64,000 nucleotides of DNA from Terriglobia bacterium (lineage in GTDB: Bacteria > Acidobacteriota > Terriglobia > JAJPHL01 > JAPKYU01): the NCBI GenBank assembly GCA_965206645.1, contig CBDBKE010000002.1, forward strand, positions 832,218 through 896,217. Reading direction: 5' to 3'. The first letter of the stretch is position 1. Every line of letters starts with the position of its first letter. The position numbers were made by a program, and so were the translations under genes. The notes under the pieces are model-generated. The model searched no databases and was not told the DNA's origin. It saw only the letters and a program-made list of their open reading frames with translations. Shown piece after piece: positions 18,854-28,438 of this stretch.

Positions 18854-18959
18854 GTAGGTGCATAGTCAGGTTTCCGATCTCGGGCTGTTGGCCGAGACGG
18901 GGCGCCCGCGGCGCGCACGAGCCTCGGCGTCGAGCGGATCGATGCTGTGGCTGACATAG

Positions 18960-19512
18960 GGATACTTCAAGGTCGAGGACATCGCCGGGTGCGAGGCCGG
19001 CACGACGTTGATGCACTACGCCAATCGCGGGGCTTGCCGGGGCTGCGCTTTGAAGGTGCAGTGCACGAGTAACAGCTACCGGCGCATTGGACGGTACGCG
19101 GATGAGGCGGTGCTGGACCGCATGGCAGAGCGCCTCGCCGACCGGCCCGGAGTGCTGCACCGCCGCCGGGAGTCCGCCGAGCACCCCTTCGGCTCGATCA
19201 AGCACTGGATGGGCCACGGCGGGTTTCTGATGCGCAGGCTTGAGAACGTTCGGGGTGAGTTCAGCTTGACCGCTCTGGCCTATAACATCCGCCGTGCGAC
19301 AACCTTGGCCGGGATTCCGGAACTGATCGCCGCGGTCCGTCCGTGATCGCCCGCGTGGGGCGTTCAAACCAGCTGGAATCGCCCCCCCAAGGGCCTGTTG
19401 CAACGCATCAGGGCGCATGGCATCAGCGAATCGACGACAACCCACTCACGGCCCAAATCCCAGGCCTCTCACAGCGCAAAATTCGACTCGGTCCTACTTT
19501 TCACACAGTCTC
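18960..19512 (+). mobile_element. IS1182-family 3' fragment
   Basis: CRGCALKVQCT, RRESAEHPFGSIK, EFSLTALAYNIRR; terminal TTTTCACACAGTCTC. Confidence 0.85.
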
Positions 19513-19922
19513 GTTCCTTTACGCAATCCCATCTATCGATATTCTTCAGATCATCTTCCAGCGGTCGGCATGGCTCATGGGATTGTACAATTGCCTTGCC
19601 CGGCAATCGTTTCTCCGAAGAGCTGTCGCCCTTGCCCTTAGTGTCGGATTGCCGCAATCTAAACAGGCGGGAGATCCTTGGCTTTCCATTAGACATAAAG
19701 GCCATGGATGCCAGCTTGCGTGGGGCCCTCGACAGGCTAGCTAAGACGCTGCTGAAGAGCACTCACGGATTCTCAGGATGAGTTACTCGAAGTGGGGGGC
19801 GATGGATATTCAGTGCATCTACCCGAAGGCGAGCAAATCCATTAACTCTGATTAACGTTCGGTATGATCCATTCGATGGCCGGTGCGGTTGCGGGATCGG
19901 GTAGGGCAGGCCGCATGATGTA

Positions 19923-22900
19923 TCACGGTAAATGATCAGCCTGGAAATATTTGGGTCGCAACTGGCACAGATTACAAACCCGAAGAACGAAGCGATCCAC
20001 GACTGGATGCCTCAATGGCCGGTCTTCGGGTAGGGCAGCAGGTAGAGCGCCAAGCTGGGTCGTCAGGGATCGAAGCCACGCGTCGACGGCAGGGTTGCCA
20101 AAGCCGGGGGCCAACTGGTCTTTCTTTTGTCGAAGGACGGCGGCAATTTGATCCTTGACGAATAGCTGCTTCAATTCGGCGCTTCTTCCGGCTCTGCTTG
20201 CAAAACTTCTTGTCCGCAACATTCTCATGTCTCGCCCTTTCGCCATCCGTGCCCTTGTTGCCTGGTCTCCAGCCCAGCGTTTCACCCACACATCGGTCTG
20301 AGCCTCTTGGATCGCCTTCAGGTGGCCGATCAACTCATCGTACAGCGCTTCGAGTTCCGCGATCTGCTCGGCAACCTCTTGGCGCACCCGTTCCGGATCG
20401 CGTTGGGGCGCCGCTTGAGTCTGAGACGATCTATGCACCGCTGGGCGGCCCACGCCCCAGCGATAGTTGAGCCGCACGTAGATGTTAGTGCCGTTGAACC
20501 CGAAGGGCGAGAACTGGCCGTAGTAATTGCCGACCGTCCGGATGCCAAACTCGTTCACGTCGGGGTAAGTATTCAGCAAGTTCTCCCCGCCGATGGCCAG
20601 AGCAACGTTTTTCCCGAGCGGGATCCCGAGCTCGACATCGAGCAGCGCCTTGCCGCCATAGGACGGGTACAGCCACGACTCGGACACGACACCCAAGTCA
20701 GCCGCGTTCCGCCCGTCCTCGCTGTCCCAGAACTGACCGAAGTAGTTCAAGCGGCCCATGAGATTCCATCGGCCGGCGTCGTGATTGACGTTGAAGCTCC
20801 ACCGCGTGTTCGGCAGCCCCCGTTCCAGCGTAGTGATGCGGAACTGGTCGATCACGGAAGATTCGATGTTCTTGACCTCTGTATCCGTGTAGTTGTAGAT
20901 CGCACTGAACGTCGTGCGCCCCTTCACCAGCGTCGAGATCAGGTCGACGCCCTGGGTCGTCGTCGAAAAGTCGTTCAAGAAGAACCGGAACACGGGGAAA
21001 TTCCGTGCTTCTGGAATCCCCTCCGCCAGCAACGTCTCGATCTCGTCATCCGACAATTTGATTTCCTGGGCCAGGGCGACGCGGTCGTCGATGTCGACCC
21101 GGAAATAGTCCGCGGTGAAGGTGAACGGGCCCTTCTCGAGGACGACGCCCGCGCTGTAGTTGCGCGATGTCTCCGGTTGGAGCTGGCCTCCGCCCCGCGC
21201 CATGGCCACGGCTGAGGTAGCCGGAACCACACCTTGGTTGGTCAGTTGCCCGCCGATAAAGGCGGTCGTCACGTTGAACGCGTTCTGTTGCCCCGGCGTC
21301 GGCGCCCGAAACCCGGTGCTGACGGCGCCGCGCAGCGCGGCCATGCCGGTCAGCTTAAGGCGCCCGGAGACCTTGTAGTTGACCGTCTTGCCGAAGTCGT
21401 CGAAGTTCTCGAACCGGACGGCCGTGCCGAGCGTCCACCGGCCCGGGTCGCTGAACTCAACGTCGCCATAGACGGCGATGTTGCTACGGCTCCAGGTTCC
21501 CGCCGTCGTGTCGGCCCGGTAGCCGTTGAAGCCGTTCGAACCGGAACTGAAGCCCTGCGCGGCATACGGACCGATCTCCCACGACGGCTGATCGCCGGCG
21601 CCAATCGTGAACTCCTCCCTCCTCCACTCCGCGCCGGCGGCCAAGTGCACGAGATCGTTGAGGGGGTAGGAAACGTCGAAGTTGAGATTGGTTTCCTTCT
21701 GCCGATAGACGCCGGGCCGGAACGATGTCGGCGTGTCGAAACCGAGCGACGCATTGACCGTATCGAAAATGAACTGATCGATCTCGCTGGTGCCGATGCT
21801 GGCGCTCGCGTCCCAGGTGAAGCCGTTGCTGGCGAACCCGCGCAGACCGCCGACCAGCGAGTAGTCGATCAGATCCCCGCCGAACTGCGGAGTGAATCCT
21901 CCAGGAAACCGGTTGTGGAGAGTGAAGCAGTTCGGGTCGGCCTCGACTGCGGAGAGAGCGCCTGCGTCGGGGACGTTGTCGACGATCGGGATGATGGGGC
22001 AGCCGCCGGCGCCCGGCTCGCGTCCGGGAGGAGGAACCTTGCTGGTGGGCGCGGTATCGGCCCAGACCCGGTCGCCGACGAGCAGCGTACGGTTTCCGTC
22101 GACCACGGGACCGCGAAAAACCCCGCCCCGCGTGTGTGGATTCCGGAAGTAAAAGCCCCCGGTCACCTTGCGGGACGCGTAGTTGCCGTGACCGTAGAGT
22201 TGATAACGATCGTCGAACAGATGGCCGAAGTTTGCGAACAGCTTGAAGTCGTGGTTGATTCTCGGCGATCCCCAAACCTGCGCCGTGTCGCGCAGATTCG
22301 TATTGCCCGCGTTGATGATGTCCGACGCGTCCTGGCGCTGGATGGCACGGTTGGTCGGCTCGGCGGTGCCGTACTCCATGCTGATGTTGCCGAAACCGTT
22401 CGCTCCCAGCGGCACCCCGACGTTGCCGGCTACGGAAAACGTCCGGCCGCGTCCGCCGATTCCGTTACACGAGTGCTTGATGTCACCGATGATGCCCGAC
22501 CCGCACGTCTCCGGGTTCCCCGAATTGGCATCGAAGAAGCCCCCGGTTTGGACTTCCAGGCTGCCTCCCGAGGGATCGTTCTTCAGTTGAAAGTTCATGA
22601 CTCCGGCGATGGCGTCCGAGCCGTATTGCGCCGCCGCGCCGTCGCGCAGCACCTCAACCTGCCGAATGGCAATCGATGGAATGATGGAGAGGTCCGGTCC
22701 CTGCGAGCCGTCGGCGATGCCATTTCCCAGCCAAGTGATGACCGCCGAGCGGTGGCGGCGCTTTCCGTTGACTAGGACCAGCGTGTGGTCGGGCGCTAGG
22801 TTGCGCAAGTTAGCCGGACGGACGACGGTCCCCGCATCGCTGATCGGCTGAGTGCTGATGTTGAAGGAGGGGATGACAGTCCGCAACTGGGATACCAAAT

Positions 22901-23348
22901 CCCTGCTACCCTGTCTAGCGAGGTCCTCGGCACGGATGACGTCCACGGGCACGGTGGACGCGGTCACCGACCGTGGCTCGGCGCGGCTACCGACGACCAC
23001 GACGGACTGGGCGACGGCGGCCAATTCGAGCGTAAAGTTTCGCAGGACCGATTGGCCGGCAATCAGTTCGACGTCATCGGCGATGCCAGTCTCGAAGCCG
23101 GGATTCTCAGCCGTAATCGTGTAGACCCCGGGCTCTAGAGTCAATTCGTATGCGCCGTCGGCATCCGTCGAACCGGTCACCTCGGCTCCGGTGGCGTTGT
23201 TGGTCGCCGTTATTTCCGCGCCTGTGATGACTGAGCCGGAATCATCGGTTACCTCTCCGCGCAAGGTAGCCGTTTGCTGAGCGTACGCGACTCCGGAAAC
23301 CCCAACCAGGAGCAACATGATTATGACAACAAGACTTCTTTGGAACAT
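19923..23348 (-). CDS. TonB-dependent receptor with N-terminal carboxypeptidase-regulatory-like domain and an abnormal C-terminal extension
   Basis: Signal peptide; VVVVGSR TonB box; LVLVNGKR, VEVLRDGAAAQYGSDAIAGVMN, TGFRAPT, ENLLNTYP, YVRLNYRW. Confidence 0.9.
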   Translation of the reverse strand: MFQRSLVVIIMLLLVGVSGVAYAQQTATLRGEVTDDSGSVITGAEITATNNATGAEVTGSTDADGAYELTLEPGVYTITAENPGFETGIADDVELIAGQSVLRNFTLELAAVAQSVVVVGSRAEPRSVTASTVPVDVIRAEDLARQGSRDLVSQLRTVIPSFNISTQPISDAGTVVRPANLRNLAPDHTLVLVNGKRRHRSAVITWLGNGIADGSQGPDLSIIPSIAIRQVEVLRDGAAAQYGSDAIAGVMNFQLKNDPSGGSLEVQTGGFFDANSGNPETCGSGIIGDIKHSCNGIGGRGRTFSVAGNVGVPLGANGFGNISMEYGTAEPTNRAIQRQDASDIINAGNTNLRDTAQVWGSPRINHDFKLFANFGHLFDDRYQLYGHGNYASRKVTGGFYFRNPHTRGGVFRGPVVDGNRTLLVGDRVWADTAPTSKVPPPGREPGAGGCPIIPIVDNVPDAGALSAVEADPNCFTLHNRFPGGFTPQFGGDLIDYSLVGGLRGFASNGFTWDASASIGTSEIDQFIFDTVNASLGFDTPTSFRPGVYRQKETNLNFDVSYPLNDLVHLAAGAEWRREEFTIGAGDQPSWEIGPYAAQGFSSGSNGFNGYRADTTAGTWSRSNIAVYGDVEFSDPGRWTLGTAVRFENFDDFGKTVNYKVSGRLKLTGMAALRGAVSTGFRAPTPGQQNAFNVTTAFIGGQLTNQGVVPATSAVAMARGGGQLQPETSRNYSAGVVLEKGPFTFTADYFRVDIDDRVALAQEIKLSDDEIETLLAEGIPEARNFPVFRFFLNDFSTTTQGVDLISTLVKGRTTFSAIYNYTDTEVKNIESSVIDQFRITTLERGLPNTRWSFNVNHDAGRWNLMGRLNYFGQFWDSEDGRNAADLGVVSESWLYPSYGGKALLDVELGIPLGKNVALAIGGENLLNTYPDVNEFGIRTVGNYYGQFSPFGFNGTNIYVRLNYRWGVGRPAVHRSSQTQAAPQRDPERVRQEVAEQIAELEALYDELIGHLKAIQEAQTDVWVKRWAGDQATRARMAKGRDMRMLRTRSFASRAGRSAELKQLFVKDQIAAVLRQKKDQLAPGFGNPAVDAWLRSLTTQLGALPAALPEDRPLRHPVVDRFVLRVCNLCQLRPKYFQADHLP

Positions 23349-23405
23349 GGTCAACTCCCAAACATAGAGATAATGAACAGCTCACGTATTGCAATACATA
23401 AGTAT

Positions 23406-23436
23406 TGTACTCATCCAGTAGGTGTACTCGTCCAGT
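23406..23436. promoter_or_regulatory. 14-bp direct repeat upstream of the TonB receptor, candidate operator
   Basis: TGTACTCATCCAGT and TGTACTCGTCCAGT, 17-bp period, about 60 bp upstream of the start codon. Confidence 0.4.
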
Positions 23437-23736
23437 GGATTAGTGACACTTTGGCTCCTTGGAAAGGGATTGGTTTTGGGTGAGGAACTCAAGCCAGGAT
23501 TTCCATTTTGTCCCTAACACGGCGACAATTATACACCCGCGCTGCCCCGAATACCACCTCTCTTCGCGCTGAACCCTGCACATCACCTCCGCCGGTAGGC
23601 GCCAGGGCTCGTCCGTCCGCTCACAGACGTTGCTTGAGCGGGCTGAACGGTGCTCCGGCCGACAATGCTCCCTGCGAAACCTTTTTGGAGCCAAAAACTG
23701 TTGATCCTCACCCGGTCAACGCTACCCACCCGGCAC

Positions 23737-24351
23737 AGACCTGCCCCCGGTTATTGGTCCACCTTCCATGGTAGTCCATACGCCGTTGCAGCCGGGTGGA
23801 GCGGAGCGGAACCCGGCGGTAACGGCAGGATCACTTCCGGGGCTGGCGGCCGGTAGCCCAACGCGCTGTGCGGGCGAACTCTATTATACTCCCGCCGCCA
23901 TCCCTCAATCAACACCTTCGCTTCCCGCAAGGTGTAAAAGATCTCTCCATTCAGAAACTCGTCTCGAAACTTCCCGTTAAACGATTCTACATACCCGTTT
24001 TCCCAGGGGCTCGCAGGCTCGATGAACAGGGTTTTCACCCCGACCCGTTCCAGCCAGTCCCGTACCAACCGAGCGGTGAACTCGGACCCATTATCCGAGC
24101 GAAGGTAATCGGGAACTCCCCGCTCCACAAACAAGGCTGCTAGCCGTTCCAAAACACTCATCGAATCGGCTCGCCGTTCTACGTCGATCGCCAAACACTC
24201 TCGCGTGTATTCATCCACCACCGTCAAGATCTTCAGTGGACGACCATCGTGGGTTCGATCTGCCACAAAATCGTACGCCCAGACATGATCCTGCCAGCAC
24301 GGTCTTAACCGAAGGCACGACCCATCGTTCAACCACAGCCGGCCTCTGCGG
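23737..24351 (-). mobile_element. IS3-family 3' fragment (relative of the 3750 element), truncated at MITE
   Basis: GACCTGCCCCCGG end; HVWAYDF, RSDNGSEF, PWENGYVESFN. Confidence 0.9.
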
Positions 24352-24470
24352 GGCATTGTCAAGTTGACGAAAAGCTCGTCGATCGACCCCCAAGATATTG
24401 GGCTCCAGCCCGTCTCGAACCCACCATGCTGAGCATCAAAAACAGCCGTCAGCCTCAACTTGACAATACC
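24352..24470. mobile_element. 119-bp MITE, IS6-like ends (copy 3)
   Basis: GGCATTGTCAAGTTGA ... TCAACTTGACAATACC, with a different interior from copies 1 and 2. Confidence 0.7.
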
Positions 24471-27172
24471 ACCTCGGGGGCAGTTTGTCCGACTTTGGCA
24501 AAGGCATCGCCCTAGACGCCTCCGGCAACGCCTACGTGACGGGGGATACGACTTCGACTGACTTCCCCACGGCCAGTCCCATCCAGGCCGTTTTCGGTGG
24601 CACAAACGACGCCTTTGTGACGAAACTGAATGCCGCCGGGAGCGCTCTGGTTTACTCCACCTTCCTCGGCGGCAGCGGCAGCGACATCGAAGTCAGCATC
24701 GCTGTGGACAGCTTCGGGAACGCCTACGTGACGGGCTACACGGATTCGACTGACTTTCCTACAGTAAGCCCCTTTCAGTCAACTATCGCCGTAGCCGAGG
24801 ACGTTTTCATCGCCAAAATCAGCGATGCTATAACGCCGCCACCACCACCACCACCGGTGGTTTGTACCTACTCCATTTCCCCGACCACTGCATCGTTCCC
24901 AGCCAGTGGGGGAACCGGTAGCGTGCTCGTGTCAACCCGCTGTGGCTGGAACGCCAAGAGCGACGTGAGCTGGATCACCATCACCTCGGGCAGCAGCGGC
25001 GGCGGTACTGGCCGGGTGGAGTACTCGGTAGAGGCCAATCCCGACACCGGTTCGCGCATGGGGACGCTGACCATCACCGGTGCGCAGATCCTGACGGTGA
25101 CCCAGGCAGGAACGGTTGAGGTTCTTCCGGCCTTGACCGTGGGCCCCCGGATTCTGGGCTTTTCCGCGACTGTGGGAGACCCGCCTGCGCGCCAGGGCTT
25201 TCAAATCGGCAGCGACGGCGGGACGGTGAACTGGACCGCCACGGTGAAGCTGCTGAACGGAAGCGGTTGGCTCACCATCTCTCCCAGCTCGGGCGCGGCC
25301 AGCCTGACGCAGCCAGCGGTTGTGATCGCGACGGTCAACTACGGCGCGCTGGGCGGCGCCGGAGTGTTCCAGGCCGAGATTACGGTGACCGATACGGCGA
25401 CGGGCTCTTCGGTCACAGTTCAGGTGACGGTGGTCTTGAGCGCTCCCGTAGCCCGGCTGTCGTTGAGCCAGACAACATTCGTGTTCCAGGGCGTGTCCGG
25501 CTGGCCTGCACCTCCGCAGAGCCTTACGGTATTCAACCAAGGAACGGGGACGTTGAACTGGTCGCTTTCGGGGCTTCCTCCGTGGCTCACGGCTTCCCCG
25601 CCGTCGGGAGCGGCAGGGGCGGGCTCGTCCTCCCTGGTCACCTTGACGCCGAATCTGAGTCTGGTTTCCAGCATAAACCAGGCGCTAGTGACCGTATCGG
25701 CCCCGGGAGCAAGCAACGCTCCGCAATTGTTCGCCGCGACGCTGAACGTCGTGCCAACAAGCACAGCCGCTTCGGCAGACCTAAGCCCGAATGGGCTGTG
25801 GTTCGTCGCCGAGCCGGGCGTCACTCTACAGCAGTCGGGCACTGTGCCGGGGGCGCAAGACCTGACGGTGAACAACACCGGGGGAGGAACCCTCACGGCT
25901 GATTTTGTGACTGCGACCAGTTCCGGCGGGGAGTGGCTGATGGTAAGCCCGTCGAGCGGGACCGCGTCGGGGGGACCGTTCCCGACGCAGGTGTCGGTGA
26001 ATCCTGTGGGGCTGGCGCCGGGCGTTTGCCGGGGCACTGTTGACGGCAGCTTCTCCTCCAGCGGCCCACAGGAGGTGGAAGTGTTGCTAATTGTGACGCC
26101 GCCGGGCACGTCGCTGCAGACGCAGTCGGGTCTGCCGGGTGCGACCCAGTGCGCTCCATCGGGGCTGCAGTTGCTGTCCACGACCATCGGAAGTGGACTG
26201 AGCCTGCCAGTTTCCTTTCCGCGAGTGCTGACAGCGCTGGTGGTGGACGACTGCGGCAGCAGGGTGGACAATGCTACGTTGGTGGCCAGCGTGGAAGGCT
26301 TGAACATCCCGTTGCGAGGGCTGGGGACCGGCTTGTACAGCGGCACCTGGGTGCCGCAGAGCGCGGCGGCCGAGGTGACGGTCACCTTTGCCGCGCTGCA
26401 TCCCGACTTTGCTCAGGTGCAGCGGTCCTTCACGGTGGAGACGGCCGCGGCGCCGGGGGCGATCAGTTTGCCAGCGTTGTTTGCCGACGGGGTGGTGGAA
26501 GGGGCCGGCTTCACCAAGCGGCGGCCGCTGTCTCCCGGCGGCATCGTTTCCCTGTTTGGCGAGCGCTTCGCCACGGAGAACAATTTCGCTACCCAGCTAC
26601 CGCTGGAGCGGGAACTGGCCGAGGTGAGCGTGCGCATTGGCGGCCAGGACGCGCCGCTGTATTTCGTCAGCCCGGGGCAGATCAACGCGCAGGTACCGTT
26701 CGAGGTCAGCACGGGCGATAGCGTTCCGGTGGCCATCAGTGTGGGTGGCCTGCTGACGGCGCCGCAGAACTACTTGATTGCACCTGCGCAGCCGGGCATC
26801 TTCATTGCGGGTGACAGCGCCGCCATCCTGGACTCCTCGTTCCAACTGGTGACGGCGCAGAACCCGGTGCGCGCCGGCGATACCATTCAGATTTTCGCCA
26901 CCGGCCTGGGCGAAACGGACCCGGAAGTGGGTAGTGGGGAGCCAGCGCCACCCTTTAGCACGGTTAGCAACCCGGTGACGGTGACCATCGGGGGGATTGA
27001 AGCCGCGGTAGCCTTCCAGGGGCTAGCGCCCGGCTTTGTGGGGCTCTACCAAGTGAACGTGGTGGTGCCCTCGGGTGTCGCGCCGGGCGATGCGGTCCCG
27101 CTGGTCCTCACGCAGAACGGCATTGTCGCCAACCCGGATCTGCGCGTGACCATTCCCGTGCAGGCGCCCTGA
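24471..27172 (+). CDS. Surface protein with SBBP repeats, Pro linker, BACON/Ig-like domains and a TIGR03437-like C-terminal domain; 5'-truncated
   Basis: IALDASGNAYVTG.T.STDFPT repeats; W.A.SDVSWITI; YFVSPGQINAQVP, GLAPGFVGLYQVNV. No signal peptide. Confidence 0.8.
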
Positions 27173-27593
27173 TGGCGCCGGCAATGCAATTCTTTGGTAA
27201 GGCATGCTGACGCGGGCTGGGCTTCTATTGCCAACCGAATCAGCGATTTCCCATCTTGAGAATAACGCCCTCGTCCTGAAGGCTGGCCTAAATACCTTCC
27301 TCCTGAAAGCTGTCGTAAACAATGGAGGAGCGAGCTTGCCCTGGCCCGCGGAAACACTGGGCAGGCGATAGCATTGTTGGAAGAGGCCATTGCGTCCAGT
27401 GTCGTCGACAGGGTGTGGGGATCGGAACCGCTTGCGCGCGCCTGAGAACGGCCAGGCAATTTCCAGAGAGCAATTGGGGTCTTGGAAGAGGTTTCCTGGA
27501 ACGGAATACCTCATTTAATGTTTAATGTTCACAACTCTCAAAAACTGTGCACATCCACATTTGGCGATCCGCTCAGATTAATTGCTTTCCGGC

Positions 27594-27622
27594 TTGACAT
27601 TCGCTTTTCATTCGCCCAGCAT
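27594..27622 (+). promoter_or_regulatory. lexA promoter with overlapping candidate SOS box
   Basis: TTGACA-17-CAGCAT. A direct repeat ATTCGC-N5-ATTCGC (ATTC-N7-ATTC) lies at 27599-27615. Confidence 0.55.
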
Positions 27623-27631
27623 GTACTTGAG

Positions 27632-28273
27632 ATGGCCTTGACCCGCAGGCAGTGGCAAGTTCTGGAGTTTATCGCCAGCTTCCTCCGCGAGCGCGGCTAC
27701 TGCCCCAGCTACGGAGAAATCTGCGAAGGCTTGGGGGTCTCCTCATTGGCTACCGTGCACAAGCACGTCTCCACGCTCGAGCAGAAGGGCTTCTTGGTGC
27801 GCGGGCCACACCAGAGCCGTTCGATCGAATTTGGCCCGCGCTACTACCAGGAAGCGCGCAAGCGCGCTCGCGAGCGGCGCAGCGCGGCCGCTGTCTCGGG
27901 CACGCTCCCCCTTTTGGGCCGCATCGCTGCCGGCCGGCCTCTGGAAGCAGTCGAGAATCCGGAGACCATCTCGCTGACCGATTTTGCCGGCAAGAAAGAA
28001 GTTTTCGTGCTTCAGGTCAAGGGCGACTCGATGATCGAAGAGCACATCCTGGACGGGGACTATATTCTGGTGGAGCGCACTCAGGCCGCCCACAACGGCG
28101 ACGTGGTCGTGGCTTTGGTGGAGGGCGCAGAAGCCACTCTGAAGCGTTTCTTCCGTGAGTCCGACGGGCGGGTGCGTTTGCAACCAGGCAACCCGGAAAT
28201 GGCCCCCCTAATCCTGCCGGCCGACGCCATCCAGATCCAGGGTCGCCTGATCGGCGTGCTGCGCCGCTACTGA
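27632..28273 (+). CDS. lexA: SOS repressor LexA
   Basis: LTRRQWQVLEFI, PSYGEI, GRIAAGRP cleavage site, VKGDSM, ATLKRF. Confidence 0.97.
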   Translation: MALTRRQWQVLEFIASFLRERGYCPSYGEICEGLGVSSLATVHKHVSTLEQKGFLVRGPHQSRSIEFGPRYYQEARKRARERRSAAAVSGTLPLLGRIAAGRPLEAVENPETISLTDFAGKKEVFVLQVKGDSMIEEHILDGDYILVERTQAAHNGDVVVALVEGAEATLKRFFRESDGRVRLQPGNPEMAPLILPADAIQIQGRLIGVLRRY

Positions 28274-28438
28274 ATCCGCCCGATCCCCGTCACGCTTCCC
28301 TTCCGCACTTGCCCCTGCTCGGGCGCGCTCGCCGGAAAAGGGTGTAACTCATACTGAACGAATCAGCGTCGCCGTTCGGAGACAGCGCAGGCGACGGGGT
28401 AGAATACGCGTGCGCACTAGAGAACAAAGGAGGCCAAG

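Noticed and set aside
19513-19781. Possible LysR-type C-terminal fragment after the IS1182 end
   Set aside because: The resemblance is weak and split across frames, so it cannot be supported.
23440-23736. Riboswitch upstream of the TonB receptor
   Set aside because: No cobalamin or TPP core motifs could be recognised by eye; an Rfam/Infernal scan would be needed.
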